Assembly: GCA_963708075.1 (NCBI GenBank)
Contig: OY970194.1
Coordinates: 320,001-384,000, forward strand
Length of the DNA: 64,000 nt
Origin: Sedimentisphaerales bacterium
GTDB taxonomy: Bacteria; Planctomycetota; Phycisphaerae; Sedimentisphaerales; Anaerobacaceae
Reading direction: 5' to 3'
The position numbers and the translations under genes are program-made. This document shows positions 51,880 through 60,183 of this stretch, in pieces. The notes under the pieces were generated by a model. The model did not search any database. It had not been told where the DNA came from and saw nothing but the letters and a program-made list of their open reading frames with translations. The number at the start of each line of letters is the position of its first letter. Within the stretch, counting starts at the first letter, position 1.

Positions 51880-52866
51880 ATGAAGGCTTTACTGTTCATG
51901 CTCCTTGCGCTTGTCGTCATTATTCTCACACAGGCGAGACTCTGCCAAGCTGATATGACTCCCGGCTCTCTCGTGGCGTGGGGTCACAATGGCTATCAAC
52001 AGCTTGCTGTTCCTGCTGGGTCAGACTTCATCGCTGTGGATTCAAGTTTCTGGTATCACAGTGTAGCCCTCAAAGCAGACGGCTCTCTGGTGGCATGGGC
52101 CGGAAACAGCCCCGGCTGTAGACTCGTTCCTTCAGGCAGCGATTATGCTGCCGTCTCAGCTGGTTCGTATTACAACTTGGCCCTCCGAAGTGACGGTTCC
52201 TTGACGGCTGCTGGCGCGACCAGTCATGGCCAACTCGACGTGCCATTGGGTAACAACTTTGTTGCCATATCAGCGGGGAGGTATTACGGTTTGGCAATCA
52301 GGACAGATGGCTCTCTCGCTGAATGGGGCGAATATGCCCTCGGCGCTCCCTCGGGTAACGACTTCGTGGCCATCGATAATGGGATCTTCCACGCACTTGC
52401 GTTGAGGAGAGATGGTTCTCTCGCAGCGTGGGTCAACCCGGCCATCAACCTTGGGGTCTGGGACTATGGGCAGGAGGATGCACCTACAGGTTCGGATTTT
52501 GTTGCGATTGCCGCAGGTGGCTATCACAGCCTCGCGCTCCGTGCAGACGGGACTCTCGTCGCTTGGGGTGCAAACGATTATGGCCAGTGTGACGTGCCCA
52601 CGGAGAACGACTTCATAGGCATATCCGCTGGGGAGATGCACAGCCTCGCCCTACGCTCAGACGGCTCAGTTGTAGGTTGGGGCTGGAATCGGTACGGTGA
52701 AGCGAATGTGATGGAAGGTTCCTTTCAAGCCATTTCTGGCGGAGCTTACTACAGCGTCGGCATACAGGCCGTCCCTCTGCCAAGCGGTGTCTTGCTCGCC
52801 GCTCTCGGATTGGCGTACTCCGGTTGGCGGATTCATGGTCACGAAGCGGGGAGGAAGGTAGCATGA
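51880..52866 (+). CDS. RCC1/BLIP-II repeat beta-propeller with VPLPA-CTERM (PEP-CTERM-like) tail
   Basis: Signal peptide, about seven AISAG.YHSLAL..DG.LVAWG units, C-terminal VPLPSGVLLAALGLAYSGWR. Confidence 0.85.
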   Translation: MKALLFMLLALVVIILTQARLCQADMTPGSLVAWGHNGYQQLAVPAGSDFIAVDSSFWYHSVALKADGSLVAWAGNSPGCRLVPSGSDYAAVSAGSYYNLALRSDGSLTAAGATSHGQLDVPLGNNFVAISAGRYYGLAIRTDGSLAEWGEYALGAPSGNDFVAIDNGIFHALALRRDGSLAAWVNPAINLGVWDYGQEDAPTGSDFVAIAAGGYHSLALRADGTLVAWGANDYGQCDVPTENDFIGISAGEMHSLALRSDGSVVGWGWNRYGEANVMEGSFQAISGGAYYSVGIQAVPLPSGVLLAALGLAYSGWRIHGHEAGRKVA

Positions 52867-53213
52867 ACGTATTACAGAGGCTCATCCTGCTAATTGGTAT
52901 TGTGGCCGTCGTGGGCATGAGCATCTATCCGCCATGGAGTTACGCGATGGAGAAGGTATGGACGATGGATGCTCCGGCCGTCACCAGAGCCTCACATCCT
53001 GCGGGGTATTTCTTTATCATGCAACCACCGCAGCCCGAAGCCAAGGTCAAGGGCTCCGGCTTTGAGGAGCACAGTGTCAGGCTGGATGTCGCACGACTCG
53101 CCACTCAGGAGATTATTGCCGTGATTGCCACCGCTATGGGTGTTCTTTCGGCGCAGGGCCGTAGAACCAGCAGAGAGCCAGCGGCTGACAAACCACCATG
53201 GGCGGGAGCATAA
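52863..53213 (+). CDS. Small membrane protein
   Basis: Two hydrophobic segments; overlaps the upstream stop (ATGA). Confidence 0.6.
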   Translation: MNVLQRLILLIGIVAVVGMSIYPPWSYAMEKVWTMDAPAVTRASHPAGYFFIMQPPQPEAKVKGSGFEEHSVRLDVARLATQEIIAVIATAMGVLSAQGRRTSREPAADKPPWAGA

Positions 53214-53570
53214 CATCCGGGATTATGCTTCCGCTACCTGGGACCCATCGCCAGAAACAGGCTCGCTTCAAATGCAAGATACATGGTACTGCGGGGACCC
53301 CTTAGCCGTACGGGCAGGGGGCTGCCCCGCCCATGCCTCACCTGCCTGCCCGCGTTGTCCACAGCGGCCCCTGCTCGGCTTAGGCTGCCCAATCTCGCCC
53401 CGCTCTGACCAGTGCCAGCACCGCCGCCTTGATATGCTCCGGCAGTTTCGGCCAGCGTTCCTGAATGAGTGCCAAGTCGGGGTCAGAAGGGGAGTTTTCG
53501 TCGTTTGGTGCGCCGGTTTTTGCGCCGCGCGTTTCCGAAATCGGCGTTTTTGGTGGCGCCAGTGGGGACT

Positions 53571-53591
53571 GTTCGGACCCCCTTGGGGCTA
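53571..53591 (+). other. attR-like copy of the tRNA-Glu 3' end
   Basis: GTTCGGACCCCCTTGGGGCTA vs GTTCGAATCCCCTTGGGGCTA. Confidence 0.8.
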
Positions 53592-53595
53592 GTCG

Positions 53596-53686
53596 GATTT
53601 ACCATTTGTGATTTCCTATTTATGATTTCGCGCCTTGCTCACGGCACACGCCAAATCGTAAATCATAAATAGCAAATCGCAAATCC
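53596..53686. repeat. Heptamer-repeat palindrome
   Basis: GATTTACCATTTGTGATTTCCTATTTATGATTT ... AAATCGTAAATCATAAATAGCAAATCGCAAATC. Confidence 0.8.
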
Positions 53687-54166
53687 TCAGACGCGAAAGC
53701 CCGTAATGCTGGCCTCGAAAGCCAGGGTATTGGAGACGACCCCCTGGACATCGCATGCGTACCTTCTGCCTCGCCTGGCCTCCGTAATGTGGCCGAGCAG
53801 GTAGAGCCGGCATCCCGGCTCAATCGCGGACCGAAATTTCGCCCGCTCGATGCCGCCGAAGCCGACAAACCCGCTCTCATCGTATGCATGCTTGACAAAG
53901 AAGCTGAGCAGTTGAGCGGCCGCCTCGATCTGGATCACGCCCGGCATCAGCGGCCGGCCCGGAATGTGCCCGCGGACCCAAAACTCGTTCTCCGTGACGT
54001 CCTTATAGCCGAGCACGCACTCCTTGGCCCTGTCGTACCACAAGATGCCGTCGAGCTGCTGCATCTCGAATCGTTGCGGATTGATGCTGCAGATCGCGTC
54101 CTTATCAAAGACGGGCGGGCCGCTCAGATCGATGGATGATAGGTCAAATAGCAGAGACGGTGCCAT
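53687..54166 (-). CDS. 3-hydroxyacyl-ACP dehydratase (FabA/FabZ family)
   Basis: NPQRFEM, FWVRGHIPGRPLMPGVIQIEAAAQ, AKFR. Confidence 0.88.
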   Translation of the reverse strand: MAPSLLFDLSSIDLSGPPVFDKDAICSINPQRFEMQQLDGILWYDRAKECVLGYKDVTENEFWVRGHIPGRPLMPGVIQIEAAAQLLSFFVKHAYDESGFVGFGGIERAKFRSAIEPGCRLYLLGHITEARRGRRYACDVQGVVSNTLAFEASITGFRV

Positions 54167-54288
54167 CGGTAACCTCAACTTCGAGGATAATAGACAAGAG
54201 GCAGAAGAACAGGGACGGAAACCCTGCCGTCGGTCGTTCTTCCATCCTTCGGGTTCAGCAGTGGCGACTTGTCGAGATCGCCTGTGGA

Positions 54289-54462
54289 CTACTCGGTGGA
54301 TCGAATCTCGAGAATCCGGTTGCGAACCGTCTGAGCAGCCTGCTTGATCTTCTGCATCTGCTTGCGGACGCGGGTCCCGGCGGCCTTATTTCCGCCCAGG
54401 GCCTTGTTGATGTCCGCCTCGATCTCCGCGACCAATCGTTTCAATTCTTCGTACTCTTGCAT
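54289..54462 (-). CDS. Histone H1-like Hc1 family small protein, 57 aa (not in ORF track)
   Basis: MQEYEELKRLVAEIEADINKALGGNKAAGTRVRKQMQKIKQAAQTVRNRILEIRSTE; GNKAAGTRxRK motif; GGAGGT RBS. Confidence 0.88.
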   Translation of the reverse strand: MQEYEELKRLVAEIEADINKALGGNKAAGTRVRKQMQKIKQAAQTVRNRILEIRSTE

Positions 54463-54499
54463 GTATGCAGACCTCCATATCTATGTCAGAATTGGGGCA

Positions 54500-54528
54500 A
54501 ATCTAACAGCCCACCCGCCATCTGTCAA
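54500..54528 (-). promoter_or_regulatory. Putative sigma70 promoter of the Hc1-like gene
   Basis: TTGACA-17 bp-TAGATT on the minus strand. Confidence 0.65.
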
Positions 54529-54563
54529 AGGAAAATGGCAATTTTTGAGCAAAAAACGCATAC

Positions 54564-55040
54564 CTATGGGAACAGGCGTTTGGTCAGCTCGGCGACGCGC
54601 TGGCCCCTGCGTGTGCATTGCTGTTTGACCTTCTCGTCCGGCCGGCCGATGGAAATCGGGCCGTAATGGGCTCCTTGGGGATCGCCTTGAACCACCATGC
54701 CCGCGATCAGCATGGCCTCGACAATGCCGACCACGGTCGTCTCACTGCCGCCGCCGATATTGGCGGAACTGGAGAATGCCCCGCCGACCTTGCCGTTGAG
54801 CTGCCCGTGCCGACTGACCAGGTCATCGATCAATTGCTTCACCGGCGCTGCCATCTGCCCGTAGTAGCAGGGCGATCCGATGACCACGGCGTCATAGCTC
54901 GGCACGTCGTCCGGCTTGACCTTGTCCACCGGTTTGAGCTCCGTCTTGAGCCCGGCGTCGTTCATCGCCTTGGCGATTGTCTCGCCCATCTCCTTCGTAT
55001 TGCCGCTTCGCGAGTAGTAGATCACAATTCCCTTTGCCAT
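54564..55040 (-). CDS. Flavodoxin / WrbA-like protein
   Basis: YYSRSGNT, IGSPCYYG, GKVGGAFSS..GGGSETT. Confidence 0.9.
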   Translation of the reverse strand: MAKGIVIYYSRSGNTKEMGETIAKAMNDAGLKTELKPVDKVKPDDVPSYDAVVIGSPCYYGQMAAPVKQLIDDLVSRHGQLNGKVGGAFSSSANIGGGSETTVVGIVEAMLIAGMVVQGDPQGAHYGPISIGRPDEKVKQQCTRRGQRVAELTKRLFP

Positions 55041-55301
55041 GTCCACTCCTTTCCACAGTTCCAAGGCCGGGCTGAATCCCCGATAGTTCTCTCACACACG
55101 CCGATCAAAAGCCGCAGATTCCGCCGCTCATCCTACCCGGCCAGGCTCCAACACGCAAAACCATTCCCGCCGTCGGCTGCTGCCTGCCATTGCCTTGATG
55201 CCCGGCGTCGCGTGTTTTCCTGTTCCCCCGCGAGGCTATTGCCTCATGCTGTTGCCCGCCCGCCGGTTGTATGCTGATACAGGTGGAAAGGAAGGTGCAA
55301 G

Positions 55302-55931
55302 ATGACAATGAGAGATGTAGGTCCCGCGCCTGTGCTGATGAACACGATCACCAGGGACTGGTTGATGGTTCTCGTGCGGGGAGTGGCCGCGATTGCCTTT
55401 GGCATCGTGTGCTTCGTCTGGCCGGCTATCAGCCTGCTGGCTCTGGTGCTGCTCTGGGGCGCTTACGCGCTCGTGGATGGCGCCGGCGCCATCGCCTGGG
55501 GCGTGCGCTCCCGCTGGTGGTCGATGGCGGTGGTCGGGGTCGTGAGCGTGCTGGCCGGGCTGATCGCCTTCGTCTGGCCTGGCATCACGGCGTTGGCGCT
55601 GCTGTACTTGATCGCAGCCTGGGCAATCGTGCGCGGCGCCATCGAGATCGTTGCTGCCATTCACCTGCGCCGGCGGATCGAGAACGAATGGCTTCTGGCG
55701 CTGGGCGGTATTGCCTCCATCGCTTTTGGCGTGCTGGTCGCAATGTTCCCTGCAGCCGGTGTGTTCTCGGTGCTCTGGCTGATCGGCGCGTTCGCCATCG
55801 TCTTCGGCGCCCTCGCTGTCGGTCTGTCGCTCCGCCTTCGCTCCCTGCAGCGAACGGCAAAGTTGCAGCACGAAGAGGTCCCCGTCGGCGCCGGTACCAG
55901 CACCCGAACGTGGGACAAGGACATACGATAA
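55302..55931 (+). CDS. HdeD/DUF308 family membrane protein
   Basis: W...LVRGVAAIAFG...WP...LVLLWGAYALVDG repeats. Confidence 0.88.
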   Translation: MTMRDVGPAPVLMNTITRDWLMVLVRGVAAIAFGIVCFVWPAISLLALVLLWGAYALVDGAGAIAWGVRSRWWSMAVVGVVSVLAGLIAFVWPGITALALLYLIAAWAIVRGAIEIVAAIHLRRRIENEWLLALGGIASIAFGVLVAMFPAAGVFSVLWLIGAFAIVFGALAVGLSLRLRSLQRTAKLQHEEVPVGAGTSTRTWDKDIR

Positions 55932-56091
55932 ACGAAGCGAGCCCATCAACGACCGCTAGATTTGCATGGCGAGTACAGAGGCTGTTCGCTGGTTCCCCAC
56001 GGGGCCACCCCAGAGGCGCCAGCGGCAGGGTGTGCTGTGCACGTCATTCCTCTGAACGCGCTGACCGACTACGACCAGGAAAGGAGAAGTC

Positions 56092-57117
56092 ATGAGCAAG
56101 ACAAAGAGCCGTTCCACGCGACAAGCCGCAGATCAAGCGGCTATGCCACAAACGAGGCAGAAGACTATGCGAGCCGTCGCGATCGACCGATTCGGAGGCC
56201 CTGAGACACTCACGGTGAAAACGCTCCCCGTGCCCGAGGTCGGGCCGGACGAGGTCCTGATTCAAGTCGAATCGGCGGACGTGGCCCAGTGGGACCCCTT
56301 CGAGCGCGAAGGGGGATTCGCTGAGATGCTTGGCATCGAGCCGAAGTTCCCGTACGTGCTCGGCTCCGATGGCGCGGGGACAGTCGTAGCTGTCGGTGAG
56401 CGCGTCCGCCGGTTCAACGAGGGCGACCGCGTTTATGCCATGAGTCTCGCCAACCCCAAGGGCGGGTTCTACGCCGAGTACGCGGCCGTCAAGGCGGACG
56501 ACACTTCGCTCATCCCCGACAACCTGACGACCGAGCAGGCGGGCGCCATGCCTTTCGACGCGATAACCGCCCTGCGAGGCTTGGACGACACGCTGGGTTT
56601 GAAACCGGGCGAGTCGCTGCTGATTTTCGGCGCCAGCGGCGGCATCGGGCACCTGGCCGTGCAGCTCGCCAAGCGGATGGGCGCCCGCGTGTTTGCGGTG
56701 GCTTCGGGAGATGACGGTGTCGAGCTGGCCAGACGGCTGGGCGCCGACGCTGTAGTGGACGGACACAAAGACGACATCGCGGCCGCCGCCCGTGAGTTCG
56801 CGCCCGATGGTCTCGATGCCGCATTGTTCACCGCCGGCGGCGAGGCGGCGAACAAGGCGATGGCGGCCGTGCGCGAGGGCGGGCGCGTCGCCTACCCCAA
56901 CGGTGTTGAGCCGGAACCGCAAGCCCCCTCCGGGGTGACCGTCCAAAGCTACGATGGCGAGCCCGACCCGCAGGCCATCGAGAGGCTCAACCGCCTGATC
57001 GAGTCAGGCCCGTTCGTGGTGCACATTGACCGCACGTTCCCGTTGGACCAGGCCGCCGACGCACACCGAGCCCTCGATACCCACTACCTCGGCAAGCTCG
57101 TGCTGCGGCCGAGCTGA
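56092..57117 (+). CDS. NADP-dependent oxidoreductase (MDR / quinone reductase-like)
   Basis: MRAVAIDRFGGPE, LGSDGAG, IFGASGGIGHLAVQLAK, GKLVL. Confidence 0.9.
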   Translation: MSKTKSRSTRQAADQAAMPQTRQKTMRAVAIDRFGGPETLTVKTLPVPEVGPDEVLIQVESADVAQWDPFEREGGFAEMLGIEPKFPYVLGSDGAGTVVAVGERVRRFNEGDRVYAMSLANPKGGFYAEYAAVKADDTSLIPDNLTTEQAGAMPFDAITALRGLDDTLGLKPGESLLIFGASGGIGHLAVQLAKRMGARVFAVASGDDGVELARRLGADAVVDGHKDDIAAAAREFAPDGLDAALFTAGGEAANKAMAAVREGGRVAYPNGVEPEPQAPSGVTVQSYDGEPDPQAIERLNRLIESGPFVVHIDRTFPLDQAADAHRALDTHYLGKLVLRPS

Positions 57118-57179
57118 ACGGCAGTGTCGATCAGAGATAAGTAAGAGACGTTGCGCAGCGCAAATCGAAAGGAAACGAT

Positions 57180-57683
57180 ATGCAAAAGATCACCCCGTGC
57201 TTGTGGTTCGATGACCAGGCCGAAGAGGCCGTCAATTTCTATGCTTCCATTTTCAACAATTCGAAGATCGGGACCATTACCCGTTACGGAGAAGCAGGGG
57301 CAGAAGCCTCCGGAAGACCCAAGGGCAGCGTGATGACTATTATATTCCAGCTCGAAGGGCAGGAATTCATGGCGCTGAACGGCGGCCCGGTGTTCACGTT
57401 CTCGCCGGCCATATCGCTTATGGTGAATTGCGAAACACAGGAAGAAGTGGACGAGCTCTGGGAGAAGCTCTCCGAGGGCGGAGCCATACAGCAATGCGGC
57501 TGGCTTCAAGACAAGTATGGTGTGTCGTGGCAGATCGTCCCCACTGTCCTGGGCGAGATGCTGCAGGATAAGGACGCTGAGAAATCGGAAAGAGTCATGA
57601 GGGCGATGCTGCCCATGACGAAGCTTGATATAAGGACTCTGGAGCAAGCGTATGAGCAGGAGCCGACGGTCTCCGCCGTATGA
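57180..57683 (+). CDS. VOC family protein (PhnB / 3-demethylubiquinone-9 3-methyltransferase-like)
   Basis: MQKITPCLWFD, ALNGGP, CGWLQDKYGVSWQIVP. Confidence 0.92.
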   Translation: MQKITPCLWFDDQAEEAVNFYASIFNNSKIGTITRYGEAGAEASGRPKGSVMTIIFQLEGQEFMALNGGPVFTFSPAISLMVNCETQEEVDELWEKLSEGGAIQQCGWLQDKYGVSWQIVPTVLGEMLQDKDAEKSERVMRAMLPMTKLDIRTLEQAYEQEPTVSAV

Positions 57684-57710
57684 ATCCCGTGAGTCGCAAG
57701 AGGTGACCAG

Positions 57711-58103
57711 ATGAATCCAGTCGTACATTTTGAAATGCCGGCCGAGGATCGAGGGCGCGTGGCGGCCTTTTATACAAAAGTCTTCGGCTGGCAGACGCAG
57801 CTATTGGGTCCGGAGATGGGAGACTACGTACTGGCTACGACCACCGAGTCCGGTCCGGATGGCCGTCCCAAGACACCGGGAGCGATCAATGGAGGATTCT
57901 TTCCAAAGTCGGATGAGAGGCCCGCACAATATCCATCGGTCGTCATTGCAGTCGACGATATCCAGGAGCACATGAAGAAAGTGAATAAAGCGGGTGGCAA
58001 GGTGCTCGGAGATCCCATGGAGATACCGGGCGTAGGATGGTACGTATCGTTCCTTGATACTGAAGGGAACAGGGTAAGCATGCTGCAGCCGTCTCGCTCC
58101 TAG
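57711..58103 (+). CDS. VOC/glyoxalase family protein
   Basis: VVHFEMPAED, GAINGG, DTEGNRV. Confidence 0.9.
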   Translation: MNPVVHFEMPAEDRGRVAAFYTKVFGWQTQLLGPEMGDYVLATTTESGPDGRPKTPGAINGGFFPKSDERPAQYPSVVIAVDDIQEHMKKVNKAGGKVLGDPMEIPGVGWYVSFLDTEGNRVSMLQPSRS

Positions 58104-58184
58104 TGGGCTGTCTTATCTGTGTCAACCTCGGCTTCAAGGGCTTCTCCCTCCAAGGGAAGCCGCAACTGAGCAGGTGGATAGAAT

Positions 58185-58760
58185 ATGAGAAAGATAATCG
58201 CAGCTCTGCAAGTGTCGGTGGACGGTTTTATCGAGGGTCCCAACGGGGAATTAGATTGGGCGATGGCGGAGGATGAAGAGACGTGGCGAAATCTCTTTGA
58301 AATGCTCGCCCAGGTAGACACCTGTGTCCTGGGGCGCGTCATGTACCCCGCCTACGAACAGTACTGGCTTGGTCTCCTGGCCAACCCGGCCACGGGCTCG
58401 AAGAATGAAATCGCCTATGCACGTTTCGCCGATAAGACGCCTCATATCGTCCTCTCCAAAACCTTGACTCCAGACAAAGTGGCGTGGAAGACGACGCGGA
58501 TCGTTCGAGACGTGGAGGAAATCCGGAAGATGAAACAGCAGCCGGGCAAGGACATGTATGCGGTCGGCGGCGCCACCTTCGTTTCTAGTCTGATGAATCT
58601 GGGCTTGATCGACGAACTTCGTCTGATGGTCAATCCCCTCATCCTGGGCGGAGGAAAGGCGCTGTTCAGAGATGTGAAAGAGCGTCATACGCTGAAACTC
58701 CTGCAGGCAAAGCCGGCGAAATCGGGCAAGGTCAGCCTGATTTACAGCACGCGACCCTGA
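58185..58760 (+). CDS. Dihydrofolate reductase family (RibD C-terminal-like) protein
   Basis: SVDGFIEGPNG, LGRVMY, GLIDELRLMVNPLILGGGK. Confidence 0.9.
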   Translation: MRKIIAALQVSVDGFIEGPNGELDWAMAEDEETWRNLFEMLAQVDTCVLGRVMYPAYEQYWLGLLANPATGSKNEIAYARFADKTPHIVLSKTLTPDKVAWKTTRIVRDVEEIRKMKQQPGKDMYAVGGATFVSSLMNLGLIDELRLMVNPLILGGGKALFRDVKERHTLKLLQAKPAKSGKVSLIYSTRP

Positions 58761-58804
58761 GGGAGATGATGCGGCAGACACTCGTCGATTATGGGGGTGT
58801 TGTC

Positions 58805-59446
58805 ATGAGACTGATCGTTGGAGTCGTGCTCGCCGTCTGGTTCGTGGTTGTTTTTGTTCTCGGCGCCGTTGGGGCCTTTGCGAGACCGTCCGGGAGCCTG
58901 CCGATTCCGATTCTCGTCGGGGCCACAGTGCCGCTTGTTGTGTTTCTCGCCGCATATTGGAGTTCGGTCCGCTTTCGTGCCTTCGTTCTGGCTATCAATC
59001 TTCCCCTGGCGGCGGCGATCCAGGCGTGGAGGGCTGGCGGGCTCGGGTTTCTGGCCTTATATGCATATGGGGTGTTGCCGGGCATCTTCGCCTGGCCGGC
59101 GGGCTTGGGCGATATCGCGATCGGGGTTACGGCGCCGTGGATAATGCTCGCTCTCGTTCGTCGCCCCGGCTTTGCGGGGAGCCGGGTCTTCGTAGTCTGG
59201 AACTTGCTTGGCATCCTGGACCTCGTCATAGCGATTAGCACTGGCGCGCTGGGTTCCGCTCTCGCCTCTCGGGCTGCCGGCGAAGTGACAACAGGGCCGA
59301 TGGCACAGTTGCCGCTCGTGCTGATCCCGGCGTACCTCGTGCCATTGTTTGTCATGCTGCACCTGACCTCGCTCTTCCAGGCACGACGGCACGCATCGTC
59401 GGAGCATAAACGAAAGGAGGCGCCTGCGTTTGCAGAGATGCGTTGA
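58805..59446 (+). CDS. Hypothetical multi-pass membrane protein
   Basis: About six TM segments; AGLGDIAIG, WNLLGILD, LIPAYLVP. Confidence 0.75.
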   Translation: MRLIVGVVLAVWFVVVFVLGAVGAFARPSGSLPIPILVGATVPLVVFLAAYWSSVRFRAFVLAINLPLAAAIQAWRAGGLGFLALYAYGVLPGIFAWPAGLGDIAIGVTAPWIMLALVRRPGFAGSRVFVVWNLLGILDLVIAISTGALGSALASRAAGEVTTGPMAQLPLVLIPAYLVPLFVMLHLTSLFQARRHASSEHKRKEAPAFAEMR

Positions 59447-59854
59447 GGGTCTTGATCAGAGTAGGCCGACCACTCCAAACGATGCATAGAGAATATCGGT
59501 TACGATGGGTGGCAGCGGCAAGCGGAGTCTTCGGAGCTTGCCGATGGCGTGCAGGCGTAAACACCAGCCATCGGCAAGCTGCGCTTGCCGCTGCCACCCA
59601 AGACGTGATGATGTGCCGCAAAAGACTCGTGCGTGATCGATATCACACCCGCGCTTCACATCCTGCGTGGAGTCACGAAACCGCTGTGCGCAAACCTTTG
59701 ATCTGTCGGCAGTTGGCGGGAGGGTGGGGAATGTCTACAGGTGGGGGCGGGGGTTTGCCGATAGAAAGAGCATGGCACTGTGGGTTACGGCGCTCGGGAA
59801 AATGCGGGCTCAATTCGCTTGACCTGAGGCCGGGGATTTGATATAGATTGGGTA

Positions 59855-60048
59855 GCAAGCTGACCCCTGCAGTGTTCGTGTGAAAGCGATAAGTTGAAGG
59901 AACCTTTACCCGTTATAAGGGAGATCAGGCCTTGCCGGATCGGGGACGCCTGCTTGTCAGGACCCCTGGACGCAAGCAACGATCACCCACCTGAAATAAT
60001 GGGTTCCCTTCACGAGCTTTCGTACGGCACAGGTGGAGGTCAAGTTGC
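59855..60048 (+). ncRNA. ssrS: Probable 6S RNA
   Basis: About 190 nt rod. The ends pair (GCAAGCTGACC/GGTCAAGTTGC), GAAGGAACC pairs with GGGTTCCCTTC, a CCCACCTGAA segment is present, TTGACC lies upstream and a terminator downstream. Confidence 0.7.
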
Positions 60049-60054
60049 AGTTAC

Positions 60055-60090
60055 AAAAAAGGCCTGTGTATAAAGCGCGGGCCTTTTTTG
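60055..60090. terminator. Bidirectional intrinsic terminator
   Basis: AAAAAAGGCCTGTG-loop-CGCGGGCCTTTTTT. Confidence 0.8.
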
Positions 60091-60183
60091 TTAGTTCTCA
60101 GTTGTCGGTTCTCAGTGCTCAGTAGTCCGGTGTCAGTGCCGGATTCAGGGCGGGACTCACGTAGGCATCGGGAGGTGGAGAGT

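Larger units (their letters stand above)
49047..53591. mobile_element. tRNA-Glu-integrated element remnant (~4.5 kb), no integrase visible
   Basis: The tRNA 3' end (49047-49067) is repeated at 53571-53591 with 19/21 identity and a perfect CCCCTTGGGGCTA core. The interior holds an AlpA-like gene and hypothetical ORFs. Confidence 0.8.
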
